This document shows positions 9,222 through 17,870 of a stretch of DNA of 64,000 nt, in pieces. The DNA is from a virus. Under the pieces are notes generated by a model. The model was not told the origin of the DNA. It searched no databases and saw nothing but the letters and a program-made list of their open reading frames with translations. Numbering within the stretch: position 1 is the stretch's first letter; each line of letters opens with the position of its first letter. The translations under genes were made by a program, and so were the position numbers. The stretch lies in IMG/VR virus record IMGVR_UViG_3300036780_000119, positions 1 through 64,000 of that record, one strand, 5' to 3'.

Positions 9222-9298
9222 TGGGCAGTAGCTCAACCGGCCAGAGTCCCGGTCTCCAAAACCGGTGGTTGAGGGTTCGAATCCCTTCTGCCCTGCCA
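9222..9298 (+). tRNA. tRNA-Trp(CCA)
   Basis: Cloverleaf, loop CTCCAAA, encoded CCA. Confidence 0.9.
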
Positions 9299-9415
9299 GC
9301 ACCACCTGCGGGTGTACGTGCCAGCTGGTTGATATCTCAATAGCGTGTCAGTACAAAGACGGCAGGACCCGGGACGGAACCATGTGCGCCGGCCCGGCCT
9401 GCCGCCAGCAAGACT

Positions 9416-9470
9416 TGCCCGGCCAGGTCTCAATCGTGCCCCCCAGCACCAAAGACCAGCACGCCGGGCA
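9416..9470 (+). ncRNA. TIGR-like dual-spacer hairpin unit
   Basis: Stem tgcccggc/gccgggca; CCA-ggtctcaat-CG..CCA-aagaccagca-CGC. Confidence 0.5.
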
Positions 9471-9535
9471 GCAAAGTCCCCCAGCGTCCCCCGGTCTCGT
9501 GGTCACAAACGGGTCACGGGACGCTGGGGGACCTG

Positions 9536-9608
9536 GGGGCCTTGGCGCAGCAGGTAGCGCGCCGCCATGGCATGGCGGAGGTCGCCGGTCCGATTCCGGC
9601 AGGCTCCA
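9536..9608 (+). tRNA. tRNA-Ala(GGC)
   Basis: Cloverleaf, G3:U70 pair. Confidence 0.9.
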
Positions 9609-9609
9609 C

Positions 9610-9681
9610 GGGGGTGTAGCTCAGGGGCAGAGCGCCTGCCTTGCAAGCAGGATGTCGCCGGTCCGAATCCGGCCTCCTCCA
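9610..9681 (+). tRNA. tRNA-Ala(TGC)
   Basis: Cloverleaf, G3:U70 pair. Confidence 0.9.
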
Positions 9682-9716
9682 CGGTTTAAAGGCGGCGGTG
9701 GGCTGCTGTCCCGCCA

Positions 9717-9789
9717 CGAGGTGAAGGGGATGCGGTGCCCCGCCTGGTTTGGGACCAGGAGATACGGCGTTCGACTCGCTGCACCTCGA
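9717..9789 (+). tRNA. tRNA-Pro(TGG)
   Basis: Cloverleaf, loop TTTGGGA. Confidence 0.85.
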
Positions 9790-9790
9790 C

Positions 9791-9867
9791 CGGGCTATGG
9801 CGCAGCTTGGTAGCGCGCGCCCTTCGGGAGGGCGAGGCCGCCTGTTCAAATCAGGCTAGCCCGACCA
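9791..9867 (+). tRNA. tRNA-Pro(CGG)
   Basis: Cloverleaf, encoded CCA. Confidence 0.95.
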
Positions 9868-9917
9868 GTGAGCCACCCATCCCTGATCCGTGTCCCAAAG
9901 CGACGGCGGTGGCTCAC
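9868..9917 (+). ncRNA. TIGR-like dual-spacer hairpin unit
   Basis: Stem gtgagccacc/ggtggctcac; CCA-tccctgatc-CGTGTCCCA-aagcgacgg-CG. Confidence 0.65.
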
Positions 9918-9922
9918 TTCCT

Positions 9923-9995
9923 GGCTGTCTAGCTCAAACGGTAGAGCGGCGCCCTGAAAAGGCGCAGGTTGAGGATTCGACCGCCTCGGCAGCCA
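9923..9995 (+). tRNA. tRNA-Phe(GAA)
   Basis: Cloverleaf, loop CTGAAAA. Confidence 0.9.
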
Positions 9996-10058
9996 CTTGG
10001 GACGGTGTGGACCTCTTTCTTTGGAGGGAGAGGGTAGGCGCTGCACCGTCCCACCATC

Positions 10059-10131
10059 GCGGGCGTAACTCAATGGCTGAGAGTCCCGGCCTTCCAAGCC
10101 GGTCATGCGAGTTCGATTCTCGTCGTCCGCT
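10059..10131 (+). tRNA. tRNA-Gly(TCC)
   Basis: Cloverleaf, GCG start, U73. Confidence 0.9.
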
Positions 10132-10213
10132 CTGGTGCAGCCGGACAGCCGGTAAGGGCGCTCACCGCAATAGAGGGCTGCTGGGCGGAATCGCGCCGCT
10201 GCGCCGTGACCAC

Positions 10214-10288
10214 GCGCCGCTAACTCAGCCAGGTCAGAGTAGCGGATTCTTAATCCGCGAGCCGAGAGTTCGAATCTCTCGCGGCGCA
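10214..10288 (+). tRNA. tRNA-Lys(CTT)
   Basis: Cloverleaf, loop TTCTTAA. Confidence 0.9.
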
Positions 10289-10289
10289 C

Positions 10290-10375
10290 GGGGGTGTGGC
10301 GGAATTGTGGTAGACGCGCCAGGCTCAAGTCCTGGTGGGCTGCGGCCCGTGAGAGTTCGATCCTCTCCGCCCTCA
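10290..10375 (+). tRNA. tRNA-Leu(CAA)
   Basis: Cloverleaf with long variable arm. Confidence 0.9.
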
Positions 10376-10389
10376 CATTTTGCTTGCGA

Positions 10390-10461
10390 TGCCCGTTCGT
10401 CTAACTGGCAGGATGCCGCGTTCTGGGCGCGGTGGTCGTGGTTCGAATCCACGGCGGGCAG
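10390..10461 (+). tRNA. tRNA-Gln(CTG)
   Basis: Cloverleaf, U1-A72. Confidence 0.9.
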
Positions 10462-10464
10462 CTT

Positions 10465-10785
10465 TCCCCGGCTAAGCCAAAGTACGTCCGTTCCCCCACG
10501 GGTACTGCGCTAGCCGGGGACCCTGTTCTCCCCGGCTGGCCATTTCGCCAAACGCTTGCCCATAGTAGGCTCGCTGGCCGGGGCCTGTTCCACCTGGCTG
10601 GCTAAACACGCTTCGTGTGCCCATATTTTTAACGCCGGCCAGGGGGTTGTTTCCCGGCCGGTCATAGGGTAGTCGTGAATCCATCGGGCTAGACACCGGC
10701 CGGGGTTTCGTTTCTGATTTCTCCCTGGCCGTCCCGCCGGGTCAAGGCAAGCACCGTTACCCAATGATCCCTCGCCGGGCGGGAC
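10465..10785 (+). ncRNA. Array of five TIGR-like stem-loop dual-spacer units
   Basis: Five GC-rich stems each enclosing G(C/T)(C/T)A-N9/10-CG(N4-5)CCA-N9/10-C(G/A)C, joined by pyrimidine-rich linkers. Confidence 0.75.
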
Positions 10786-10787
10786 AG

Positions 10788-10858
10788 GCCCCTGTAGCTC
10801 AATGGCAGAGCACTGTCCCCGTAAGGCAGTGACCGCGGTCCGACTCCGCGCGGGGGCT
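10788..10858 (+). tRNA. tRNA-Thr(CGT)
   Basis: Cloverleaf, loop CCCGTAA. Confidence 0.85.
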
Positions 10859-10866
10859 CGCAACCC

Positions 10867-11058
10867 GTGGAAGAGTGGTTCATCGTGTGGGCGAACGGTA
10901 TTCCTATGACAGTGGACGAGATGCATCGAGTCGCGTTGCTGCGGGCGGCGGGGTGTGAGTGCCCGGTGCCGCTGCTGGGTGAGCGGCCGGGGGTAGGACC
11001 ACGCTGCCGGCTTTGTAACACGCAAGCCCGATCGGCCGGGGACGACACCGGCTCCTAA
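10867..11058 (+). CDS. Small Cys-motif hypothetical protein
   Basis: CxC and CxxC; fills the gap between tRNAs. Confidence 0.5.
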   Translation: MEEWFIVWANGIPMTVDEMHRVALLRAAGCECPVPLLGERPGVGPRCRLCNTQARSAGDDTGS

Positions 11059-11064
11059 GGTCAG

Positions 11065-11147
11065 GCGCCCGTGGCGGAACGGAATACGCGCACGCTTGAG
11101 GGGCGTGTGCCCGTCAGGGCATGAGGGTTCAACTCCCTCCGGGCGCA
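11065..11147 (+). tRNA. tRNA-Leu(GAG)
   Basis: Cloverleaf with long variable arm. Confidence 0.9.
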
Positions 11148-11151
11148 CCGT

Positions 11152-11222
11152 GCCGGCTTAGCTCAGGGTAGAGCGGCGGTCCTGTAAACCGCAGGTCAGG
11201 GGATCGGACCCCCTAGCCGGCT
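11152..11222 (+). tRNA. tRNA-Thr(TGT)
   Basis: Cloverleaf; atypical T-loop ATCGGAC. Confidence 0.8.
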
Positions 11223-11255
11223 CTCATCCTCCCGCACCCGTGGAAAGGCGGTGCG

Positions 11256-11633
11256 TTGTTGAAGAAGAAACATGTGGCCGCCGTCATCGGCGTGCTGATC
11301 CTTTTCGTGCTCGCGCATTCCTACGGGATCGCGATGCTCGGCGGTGCCGCCCTGGCCACCGGGTATGTCATCGACGTCCGGCTGAAACCGCGGTCCGCGT
11401 GCGGGACGTGCGGTGGCCGGGGTGGGCACGGCGGCTGGCTGTTCGGCTGGGGCCAGTCCAGCTGCCTGGACTGTGGTGGCGCGAAAACGCATGTGCGGTG
11501 GGGTGCCCGGCGGTTCGGTGGCCCGGCCGCGAAGACGGAGTACCGGCTGCAGCGGGAAGCGAAACGCCGCGGGTACCGGCGTTTAGGTGGCCGTTGGGGT
11601 AATTGGCAGCCCGCCGGGTTTTGGTCCCGGTAG
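11256..11633 (+). CDS. Membrane protein with CxxCxGxG motifs
   Basis: GAAAGG RBS, two TM segments, CGTCGGRG/CLDCGG. Confidence 0.6.
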   Translation: MLKKKHVAAVIGVLILFVLAHSYGIAMLGGAALATGYVIDVRLKPRSACGTCGGRGGHGGWLFGWGQSSCLDCGGAKTHVRWGARRFGGPAAKTEYRLQREAKRRGYRRLGGRWGNWQPAGFWSR

Positions 11634-11659
11634 TTCAGGTCCGAGTCCTGAACGGCCAG
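11588..11659 (+). tRNA. tRNA-Gln(TTG)
   Basis: Acceptor tggccgt/acggcca, loop TTTTGGT; overlaps 3' end of upstream ORF. Confidence 0.85.
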
Positions 11660-11906
11660 CGGTTCATGGCAAGACGTGGGAGATATGTAAAGTGACTCAG
11701 GAGATTCCTTTGCGCATCAAGTACCGGGACGTGTCGAATGGGCATCACCAGTCCCGGGCGTCCAACAGTGGCGTGAACAGGCACCGCGGCGAAGCGGATA
11801 AGAACCGGCTCGCCGCCGCGCAGGATCAGACGCGCCGTAACCAGAAAATTCTTGTGCTCGCCGGGGGGCGTAAACGCGCCTGGCGGTGGAGCGTGCAGTG
11901 AGCCGG

Positions 11907-11979
11907 GCCCTTGTAGCTCAGGTGGCAGAGCGCTTCCTCGGTATGGAAGAGGTCAGCAGTTCAATTCTGCTCAAGGGCT
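11907..11979 (+). tRNA. tRNA-Thr(GGT)
   Basis: Cloverleaf, loop TCGGTAT. Confidence 0.9.
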
Positions 11980-11983
11980 CTGC

Positions 11984-12055
11984 GCGGACGTAGTGTTAAT
12001 GGCAGCACAGCACCTTGCCGAGGTGTAAGCGCGGGTCCGAGTCCCGCCGTCCGCT
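11984..12055 (+). tRNA. tRNA-Gly(GCC)
   Basis: Cloverleaf. Confidence 0.9.
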
Positions 12056-12181
12056 CTAGGGGGCCGGGTTCCATGCGGGGTTACTATCCTTCCTTACCCG
12101 CCGGTGGGCGCTGGTTCACCGACCTGGCCCTCCTTGTTTGTCCTGGCTGTCTTTCGCTGCATGGGGGCAGCCAGGGCTTTC

Positions 12182-12272
12182 GCGTCCGTGGCGGAATATA
12201 GAAGGTATACGCGTACGGTTCAGGTCCGTATACCCCTGTGGGGTGCTGAGAGTTCGAATCTCTCCGGGCGCA
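12182..12272 (+). tRNA. tRNA-Leu(CAG)
   Basis: Cloverleaf, enlarged D-loop, long variable arm. Confidence 0.85.
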
Positions 12273-12274
12273 CG

Positions 12275-12329
12275 ATCCCAGCCAAGCCATATGACCTGCG
12301 GTTCCCGCATTTCACTCGCTGACTGGGGT
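12275..12329 (+). ncRNA. TIGR-like dual-spacer hairpin unit
   Basis: AGCCA-tatgacctg-CGGTTCCCG-catttcact-CGCT inside a stem. Confidence 0.6.
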
Positions 12330-12334
12330 TTGGG

Positions 12335-12423
12335 GGAGCATTCGCCTAGTGGCCTAGGGCGCCGCACTGCTAATGCGGTAGGCGTGTTCAAGCGTCTCGC
12401 AGGTCCGAATCCTGCATGCTCCG
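12335..12423 (+). tRNA. tRNA-Ser(GCT)
   Basis: Cloverleaf, long variable arm, G73. Confidence 0.9.
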
Positions 12424-12425
12424 CT

Positions 12426-12625
12426 GTGCAGCCCCGGCCGGCCCACGAGGTGTTGCTGATTCTCATGGGACCTCCAGCTGGCTGGGGCTGCACGCAAGGG
12501 TGTTCCCCGCAGGCCATTCGCCGGACAGCGCACCTTTCTCATAGGAGGGACGCCTGCGGGGGGCCAGCGCGTGGGGGCTGGGGCCAAAGGTGAACCCCGT
12601 TCAGAGTGGATACGTCCCAGCCCCC
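12426..12625 (+). ncRNA. Three further, more divergent TIGR-like hairpin units
   Basis: Stems 12426-12493, 12505-12561 and 12573-12625, each with CCA-N9+..TCA-N9-C(G/A). Confidence 0.55.
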
Positions 12626-12639
12626 GCCGGGGGGGGCGT

Positions 12640-12729
12640 GGAGGGTCAACCGGGCAGGCGTACCGGCTCCCGCTGGAAACGGGATGGGCGTGCCACGGGC
12701 GCGCTGGAGATCATGTCTTCGGCTCTCCG
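12640..12729 (+). tRNA. tRNA-Ser(GGA), atypical
   Basis: Acceptor ggagggt/gctctcc, loop CTGGAAA, T-loop ATCATGT. Confidence 0.7.
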
Positions 12730-12879
12730 CGAGGTGTGGCACCGGCCCCGCAAGAGGGGGTATGCCTGGCGGCTGGCCGTCGGCTGGGCTCCGGAGGTGC
12801 CCAGAGTGTCCCCTGGCAGGGGGGTGCGAGGACGGCCATGGCTTCCCTAGGTAAACAAAACTGGCCGGATATGACCGGG

Positions 12880-12905
12880 TAGCTGCATTAAAACGCTACT
12901 AGTTT
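12880..12905 (+). promoter_or_regulatory. Recurrent promoter motif, likely leaderless mRNA
   Basis: TAGCTGCA-N12-TAGTTT, 7 nt before GTG at 12913. Confidence 0.65.
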
Positions 12906-12912
12906 CGGTGGC

Positions 12913-13395
12913 GTGAAACTCGCAGAAGCACTAGCACTCCGCAGCGACCAGCAGAAGAAACTCGCCCAGCTCAGCCACGAGATCCGGGGGGCGGCCCGCT
13001 ACCAGGAAGGCAGCGAACCCGCCGAGGACGCTGCCGGGCTGCTCAACCAGGCGCACGGCATCATCGGCGACCTGGAACGGCTGATCCGGGCGGTTAACCG
13101 CACCAACACGGCCACGCTCCTGCCCGGCAGTGGCGGGATGACGCTGACCGATGCGATCGCCCGCCGGGACGCTCTCGGGCAGCACCGCACCCTGTGCGCC
13201 GACGCCGCAGCGGCAGCGTCCAGCGATGGCAGGTTCGCGTTCCGGCAGCTGCGGTCCGAACTGCGCACCATAACCAGTCTGCCGGTGGCCGAGCTGCGCC
13301 GGCAGGCCGACGAGCACGCGCGGCAGCGCCGCGAACTTGACGTCCAGATCCAGCAGGCCAACTGGAACACCGACCTGCTGGAGGCAGACGAGTAG
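12913..13395 (+). CDS. DIP1984-family coiled-coil protein
   Basis: MKLAEAL..R.D...YQEG..PAED...IRAVNRTN..T...MTLTDAIARRD...IQQANW..DL. Confidence 0.85.
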   Translation: MKLAEALALRSDQQKKLAQLSHEIRGAARYQEGSEPAEDAAGLLNQAHGIIGDLERLIRAVNRTNTATLLPGSGGMTLTDAIARRDALGQHRTLCADAAAAASSDGRFAFRQLRSELRTITSLPVAELRRQADEHARQRRELDVQIQQANWNTDLLEADE

Positions 13396-13398
13396 GCA

Positions 13399-13630
13399 AG
13401 AAGGGCGGGAGAGTTGGTAGCTGCTGGCTTCCGGACTGGGGCGAGTGCAGAACCCACACCTAGCTGACCGCTAATCAGCGCCAGGCGTGCGGGGCCGCGC
13501 CAGAGTTAACAGGGCAGCCCTGGACAATGCACCGCGAGGCACCGGGTCAAGCGCACATGTCACTACCGTGCATTGACCAGTCCTGGCCGGCAGTGAGGGA
13601 TGGGTAAGGGGACACGTCCCGCCCCCTTCT
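13399..13630 (+). ncRNA. Structured RNA candidate downstream of the DIP1984-family gene
   Basis: Nested helices 13399-410/13617-630, 13421-439/13577-593, 13525-532/13568-575. Confidence 0.6.
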
Positions 13631-13720
13631 GGGGAAGATGAACCTGCCATGGGGTGGGCCCCGATTCGAAATCGGGTGGGCCGGGGTAACCGGCTGGGGA
13701 TCGCGCCCTCCGTCTTCCGC

Positions 13721-13903
13721 GTGAACTATACAGAGTTTGAGCAGAGGCTGGTGAACGTGGACCGGTTTGAGGTTATTGACCACCGCGCCCCAGTCCTCTC
13801 CGGTAAGCCAGCACGGGTCCTGGTCGTTCACGACGCCATAGTCCAGGTCACGTTCCAGGATGACGGGCACACGCTCAAGGTGTTCCTGTCGGATGACCGC
13901 TGA
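13721..13903 (+). CDS. Hypothetical protein
   Basis: VDRFEVIDH...QDDGHTLKVF; TGATG overlap. Confidence 0.6.
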   Translation: MNYTEFEQRLVNVDRFEVIDHRAPVLSGKPARVLVVHDAIVQVTFQDDGHTLKVFLSDDR

Positions 13904-14274
13904 TGCGGTGGCGGTTCGTGGGTTACCGGCTGGGCCGCTGCTGGGGACGGGTGAAACGGGTCCTGCTGCTGCGGGACGTGCGCATGTTCTGCCAGCGTGG
14001 CCGCCGCGGCTACTCCGACGAAGACCTGTGGAGTTTCGACTGCTACATCGCCCGGGTGATGAGCCGCGGTATCGCTCAACTCGCTGATGTCACCCATTCG
14101 TGGCCGTCGAACATGGAGTGGCCGCAGCCCGAAGACTGGGACACGTACCTGCGGGACCTGTCCCGGCGGCTGGGCCACTGGACGGATGAGAATTTCCTCG
14201 ACCGGGACGCGTTCGAGGTGACCCGCGCCGCAGTTGAGGAGTTCGGGAAGAACTTCGGCCACTTCTGGGACTGA
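13903..14274 (+). CDS. Hypothetical phage protein
   Basis: QRGRRGYSDEDLWSFD...FWD. Confidence 0.7.
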   Translation: MRWRFVGYRLGRCWGRVKRVLLLRDVRMFCQRGRRGYSDEDLWSFDCYIARVMSRGIAQLADVTHSWPSNMEWPQPEDWDTYLRDLSRRLGHWTDENFLDRDAFEVTRAAVEEFGKNFGHFWD

Positions 14275-14289
14275 AAGGGAGGAAAGGTA

Positions 14290-15018
14290 GTGAGCAGCAT
14301 AGGAACGACCGCCGCCAGCCCCAGTGGCCTGTTCGCGGTGCAGGTGCTGTCTGCGGTACCCACCGGCCAGCGTGCGCCGCTGGAACTGTACCGGCGTGTG
14401 GATGGCCGCGTGTTCGTCATAGGCCATCCTGGCCAGCCGTATGTGCTGTCGGTGCGCAACCGCACCAGCGGGCGCATTGAGGTGGTCAGCACGGTGGACG
14501 GGCGCAACACCCTGGAGGACGAACCTGGCAGCCTGGACTGCCGGGGGCTGGTGTTCGCAGCCCTGTCGGAGGGCGAGTTCACGGGGTTCCGGCTGAACAG
14601 CGACAAGACACGCCAGTTCATTTTCAGCGACCCCGGGCAGAGCGTGGCCGCGCAGGCCACCGGCTCCACGGAGAACGCTGGTATTATCGGCCTGGCCGCT
14701 TACAGCGAGCGGAAAATCTGGCAGGCCACCTGCCAGAACCATCCGGGGCCTTTGCTGCGCAGCCATGGGGTAAGCGGTCAGTGCGCCAGCGTCGCCGCAG
14801 CTTCCGCAGATATGGCGGTGCCGAGCCTGGGCACGGCCATGGGCCAGGTGCAGGACGACCGGGTCACCTCGACGCGCTTCACCCGGTCCGGCGATGCGGA
14901 TCTGCTGGCCATCGGGTACGGAACCCGTGAGCACCTGGAGGCTATGGGTGTGTTCGGGCCACCCGAACCCAACCCGTTCCCGGCCACCGGCGCCACGGGA
15001 TACGCGAACTATGCGTAG
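14290..15018 (+). CDS. Conserved hypothetical beta-rich protein
   Basis: Strong RBS; Y.L.VRN....RIEVV.TVDGRN motif. Confidence 0.7.
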   Translation: MSSIGTTAASPSGLFAVQVLSAVPTGQRAPLELYRRVDGRVFVIGHPGQPYVLSVRNRTSGRIEVVSTVDGRNTLEDEPGSLDCRGLVFAALSEGEFTGFRLNSDKTRQFIFSDPGQSVAAQATGSTENAGIIGLAAYSERKIWQATCQNHPGPLLRSHGVSGQCASVAAASADMAVPSLGTAMGQVQDDRVTSTRFTRSGDADLLAIGYGTREHLEAMGVFGPPEPNPFPATGATGYANYA

Positions 15019-15041
15019 CATGATCGTGGAATATCACCCGC

Positions 15042-15068
15042 TAGCTGCACGCAGAGGGTGGCTAGTTT
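15042..15068 (+). promoter_or_regulatory. Recurrent promoter motif, likely leaderless mRNA
   Basis: TAGCTGCA-N13-TAGTTT, 6 nt before ATG at 15075. Confidence 0.65.
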
Positions 15069-15074
15069 CTGCGC

Positions 15075-15974
15075 ATGGTCTTGTTCATATTCGCAATCAT
15101 CGTCGCAGTAATAGGTGCCGTGCTGGTGCTGGTCGCCAGGCCAGCCACCACATCTGCTGGTGCCAGGGCGGGAATGCGGGCAGGTGGCGCCGCGGCTGTC
15201 CTGCTCGGCATCATCTGTTTCTTCCTGGCCACGACAACGACGGTCGGCCCGTCAGATGTCGGCATCGAAACCGCGTTCGGCCACGTCGACGGCGACCTCA
15301 CCCCCGGTATTCACCTGGTCGCCCCGTGGGAAAGCGTCACCGTCTGGGATGACTCGGTCCAGCAAACCCAGTTCGACAGCGCGAAAGGCTCGTCTGGGTG
15401 CCTGCGGATCAGGATCGCAGGCCAGCAGTCCGCGTGCCTGGACGTGAATATTTTCTGGCGGGACAACCCGGCCGGGTCAGACGCCCAGTTCCGCGAGTAC
15501 CGCACCTTCCCGCGGGTTGCCGGGGCGTTCATGTCCCGGGCGGTTGTCACCCGGTATTTCAACAGCGTGTTTGAGAAGTTCGACCCGGTGCAGCAGGTCG
15601 CGTCCGGCACCACGTCCGGCACGACCGTGTCCACGCTCGCCGCGCAGGTGCTGACCGACATGCGCACCGCCTACGCCGGGACGATCTTCATCCAGTCGCT
15701 GTCCGCTGGGCAGATCCAGTACGACTCCTATGTCGAGTCAGCCCTCTCATCGGTGATCAAGGCGAAGGCGAACACGGCGGTCGCGCAGCAGAACGAGCAA
15801 ACCGCCCACGATCAGGCCACCGCCAACGCCGAGCTGGAGAAGAAACTCAACGCCGCGGTGATCGAGCAGGACTGCCTGAACATGACCCAGCAGCAGTTGC
15901 AGGCGGGGAACACGCTGCCGCAGGGCTGGAACTGCACCGGCAGCTCGGCTGTCGGCATCCTCGCCGGGCACTGA
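15075..15974 (+). CDS. SPFH/Band-7 domain membrane protein
   Basis: Two TM helices then V.P..VGI...FG......PG.H...PW; C-terminal coiled coil. Confidence 0.85.
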   Translation: MVLFIFAIIVAVIGAVLVLVARPATTSAGARAGMRAGGAAAVLLGIICFFLATTTTVGPSDVGIETAFGHVDGDLTPGIHLVAPWESVTVWDDSVQQTQFDSAKGSSGCLRIRIAGQQSACLDVNIFWRDNPAGSDAQFREYRTFPRVAGAFMSRAVVTRYFNSVFEKFDPVQQVASGTTSGTTVSTLAAQVLTDMRTAYAGTIFIQSLSAGQIQYDSYVESALSSVIKAKANTAVAQQNEQTAHDQATANAELEKKLNAAVIEQDCLNMTQQQLQAGNTLPQGWNCTGSSAVGILAGH

Positions 15975-15976
15975 CC

Positions 15977-16363
15977 ATGCGCATCAAGACCGCCGCCCTG
16001 GCCGGCCTCGCCGTGCTGCTGCTGGCTGCGGGATGTGGCAGCAGCCCCCGGCCACGCCACACCGTCACGCCACCGGTGGTGACACCGCTGCAGCAGGCCA
16101 TGCTGAAAGCGGAAATCTGCCTCAGTGAGCAGCCCGACATTCCCGGCACCGCCGGCGTGGGCACCCCCATCACGGCCGCCTGGCTGCTCGCCCACCCGGC
16201 CGCGGGCACGGTCAGGTGGGTGGAATGTGCGCAGCCCGCCGGGACGGTGAAGCCCCTGCTGGAATGCCTGGCCCCGGCGCTGCGCCGCCAGGGTGTCACC
16301 CGGCAGGCCCTCCCAGCGGACGTCAGGGCGCTGGCGAACTGCATCACCGGGGCACCGCAGTAA
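15977..16363 (+). CDS. Putative lipoprotein
   Basis: LAAGC lipobox. Confidence 0.6.
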   Translation: MRIKTAALAGLAVLLLAAGCGSSPRPRHTVTPPVVTPLQQAMLKAEICLSEQPDIPGTAGVGTPITAAWLLAHPAAGTVRWVECAQPAGTVKPLLECLAPALRRQGVTRQALPADVRALANCITGAPQ

Positions 16364-16593
16364 CGACCTCATGGCCTGGAAGGAGGCCAGCATGCCAACC
16401 GGCGCCCAGTTCCACGGATACGACGACGGTCGCTGCGGCCTGCTCGGCAAGCAGGTCCGCGTCACCCTGGACGAGCACGTGATCATCACCGGCCGGCTCC
16501 TCGCGTTCAGCGACGTGGGCGAGTTCGTGGTGCAGGACGGCTGCGGCGACTTTCACCACTGCTGGCCGATGCTCCGCGTGGAGGAAGCCGACG

Positions 16594-17094
16594 ATGCCCG
16601 GTAAGCATGAGCGTCACGCCGCCAGCCGGTGGGAGTGGGGCACCCAGCCAGCCCGGTCCACCGAGCTCCGTGAGGCGGTCGGGGATGACCCCCATCCGTC
16701 ACGCCGGCCACCCGGCCGCAAAGACAAACGCCACTGGTGCCGCGGCAAGCCGGGCCGCGAGCACGTCCCCGAACTCGCCATCAACCAGAGCGGCATCTAC
16801 TGGGGCCGGCAGTGCGGCTGGAAACCTTCCTGGAACGTCACCGGCCAGGACTACGACGTCACCTGGTGGTGCCGCCACCGGGAGGTGTGCGCGAACTGCG
16901 GCAAGATACTCCGCGAGGCGTGGGATGTGGAGATCACCGAATGTCCCCTCTACCCGGGCAGCCTGGCCCAGCTCATGGCCGCCCGCGAGCAGCTGAAAGA
17001 CCTGCGCATCCAGCGGGCCGGGCGGAAAACCTGGCGCAGGAAACCGGCACCGGACGGGCCGTCGCATTACCGGCGGCCACGGAAGACAAACTGA
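16594..17094 (+). CDS. Hypothetical basic Cys/His protein
   Basis: WCRGKPGREH, CANCGK. Confidence 0.6.
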   Translation: MPGKHERHAASRWEWGTQPARSTELREAVGDDPHPSRRPPGRKDKRHWCRGKPGREHVPELAINQSGIYWGRQCGWKPSWNVTGQDYDVTWWCRHREVCANCGKILREAWDVEITECPLYPGSLAQLMAAREQLKDLRIQRAGRKTWRRKPAPDGPSHYRRPRKTN

Positions 17095-17291
17095 TGACCA
17101 CCGTCACCGAAGCCGGCCGGCGGGTACTCCAGCTGATCAGCAACGGCACCGACACCATCGACGCCCTGGAGAAAGCGACCGGCCGCGACGCGGAGGGGAT
17201 CGCCCGGACGCTGGCCGCGCTGAAACGCCGCAGCCTGATCGAACGATGGTGGGAGCGCGGCTGCATGCGGTGGCATGTCACGGGCCAGTAG
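17094..17291 (+). CDS. Small winged-helix protein
   Basis: TIDALEKATG...LAALKRRSLIER. Confidence 0.6.
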   Translation: MTTVTEAGRRVLQLISNGTDTIDALEKATGRDAEGIARTLAALKRRSLIERWWERGCMRWHVTGQ

Positions 17292-17357
17292 CTCAGCGGT
17301 CGGAGCGCGCTCCTGATAAGGGCGAGGTCGAACGTTCAACTCGTTCCTGGCCCACCA
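17282..17357 (+). tRNA. tRNA-Ile(GAT)
   Basis: Cloverleaf, encoded CCA. Confidence 0.95.
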
Positions 17358-17429
17358 AGTTCAGTTCGATTCTGAGGGAGAAGACAATGGGCAGTTTCTG
17401 TAAACAGGTGCAGCGAACATGAACGCTGC

Positions 17430-17500
17430 GCCCCGCAAGCATTAACGTGATGCAATCGGCTTTTAACCGATGGAACGGGGATCAATACCTCGGCGGGGCA
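17430..17500 (+). tRNA. tRNA-Lys(TTT)
   Basis: Cloverleaf, loop CTTTTAA, atypical T-loop. Confidence 0.8.
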
Positions 17501-17870
17501 CGTGACTACACCACTTATCGTCCGGTACGCCGCCAGGCACCTGAGTGAACGGCAGCGGATCCGGCTCGCCAGAACCATGTACACGGCAGGCGGCTGGATC
17601 TGGGCACACGTCAAGCTGTACAAGCGGATGTACACGATGGAACTTGACGAGGCCACCGGCGAGTTCACCTTCCCCCCGGCGCCGCGGCGGTGGATTGGTG
17701 TTCGCTGGGCGCTGGAATGGGGCCTGATTCATTCGGAGGTGATCGACCCGGTCCACTATCCGCATTGGGCTTACCAGCATCAGCGGTGCACCGTGACATG
17801 CGGCGTGTGCGGGGGGATGGCATGCGACGCAAACGGATGCACCGGGCCTCCCGGCGCGGAACAACCCGGG

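Noticed and set aside
9476-9532. Additional guide-like unit
   Set aside because: Strong hairpin, but the 27-nt loop does not fit the dual 9-nt register
10134-10205. Degenerate tRNA-Cys or another guide unit
   Set aside because: Only the outer stem pairs; arms and motif spacing are unconvincing
10465-10785. CRISPR array
   Set aside because: Repeats are not identical, stems pair across the variable region, each apparent spacer has an internal conserved motif, and no cas genes are present
9000-12900. Many predicted ORFs over the tRNA clusters
   Set aside because: They are translations of tRNA or hairpin sequence
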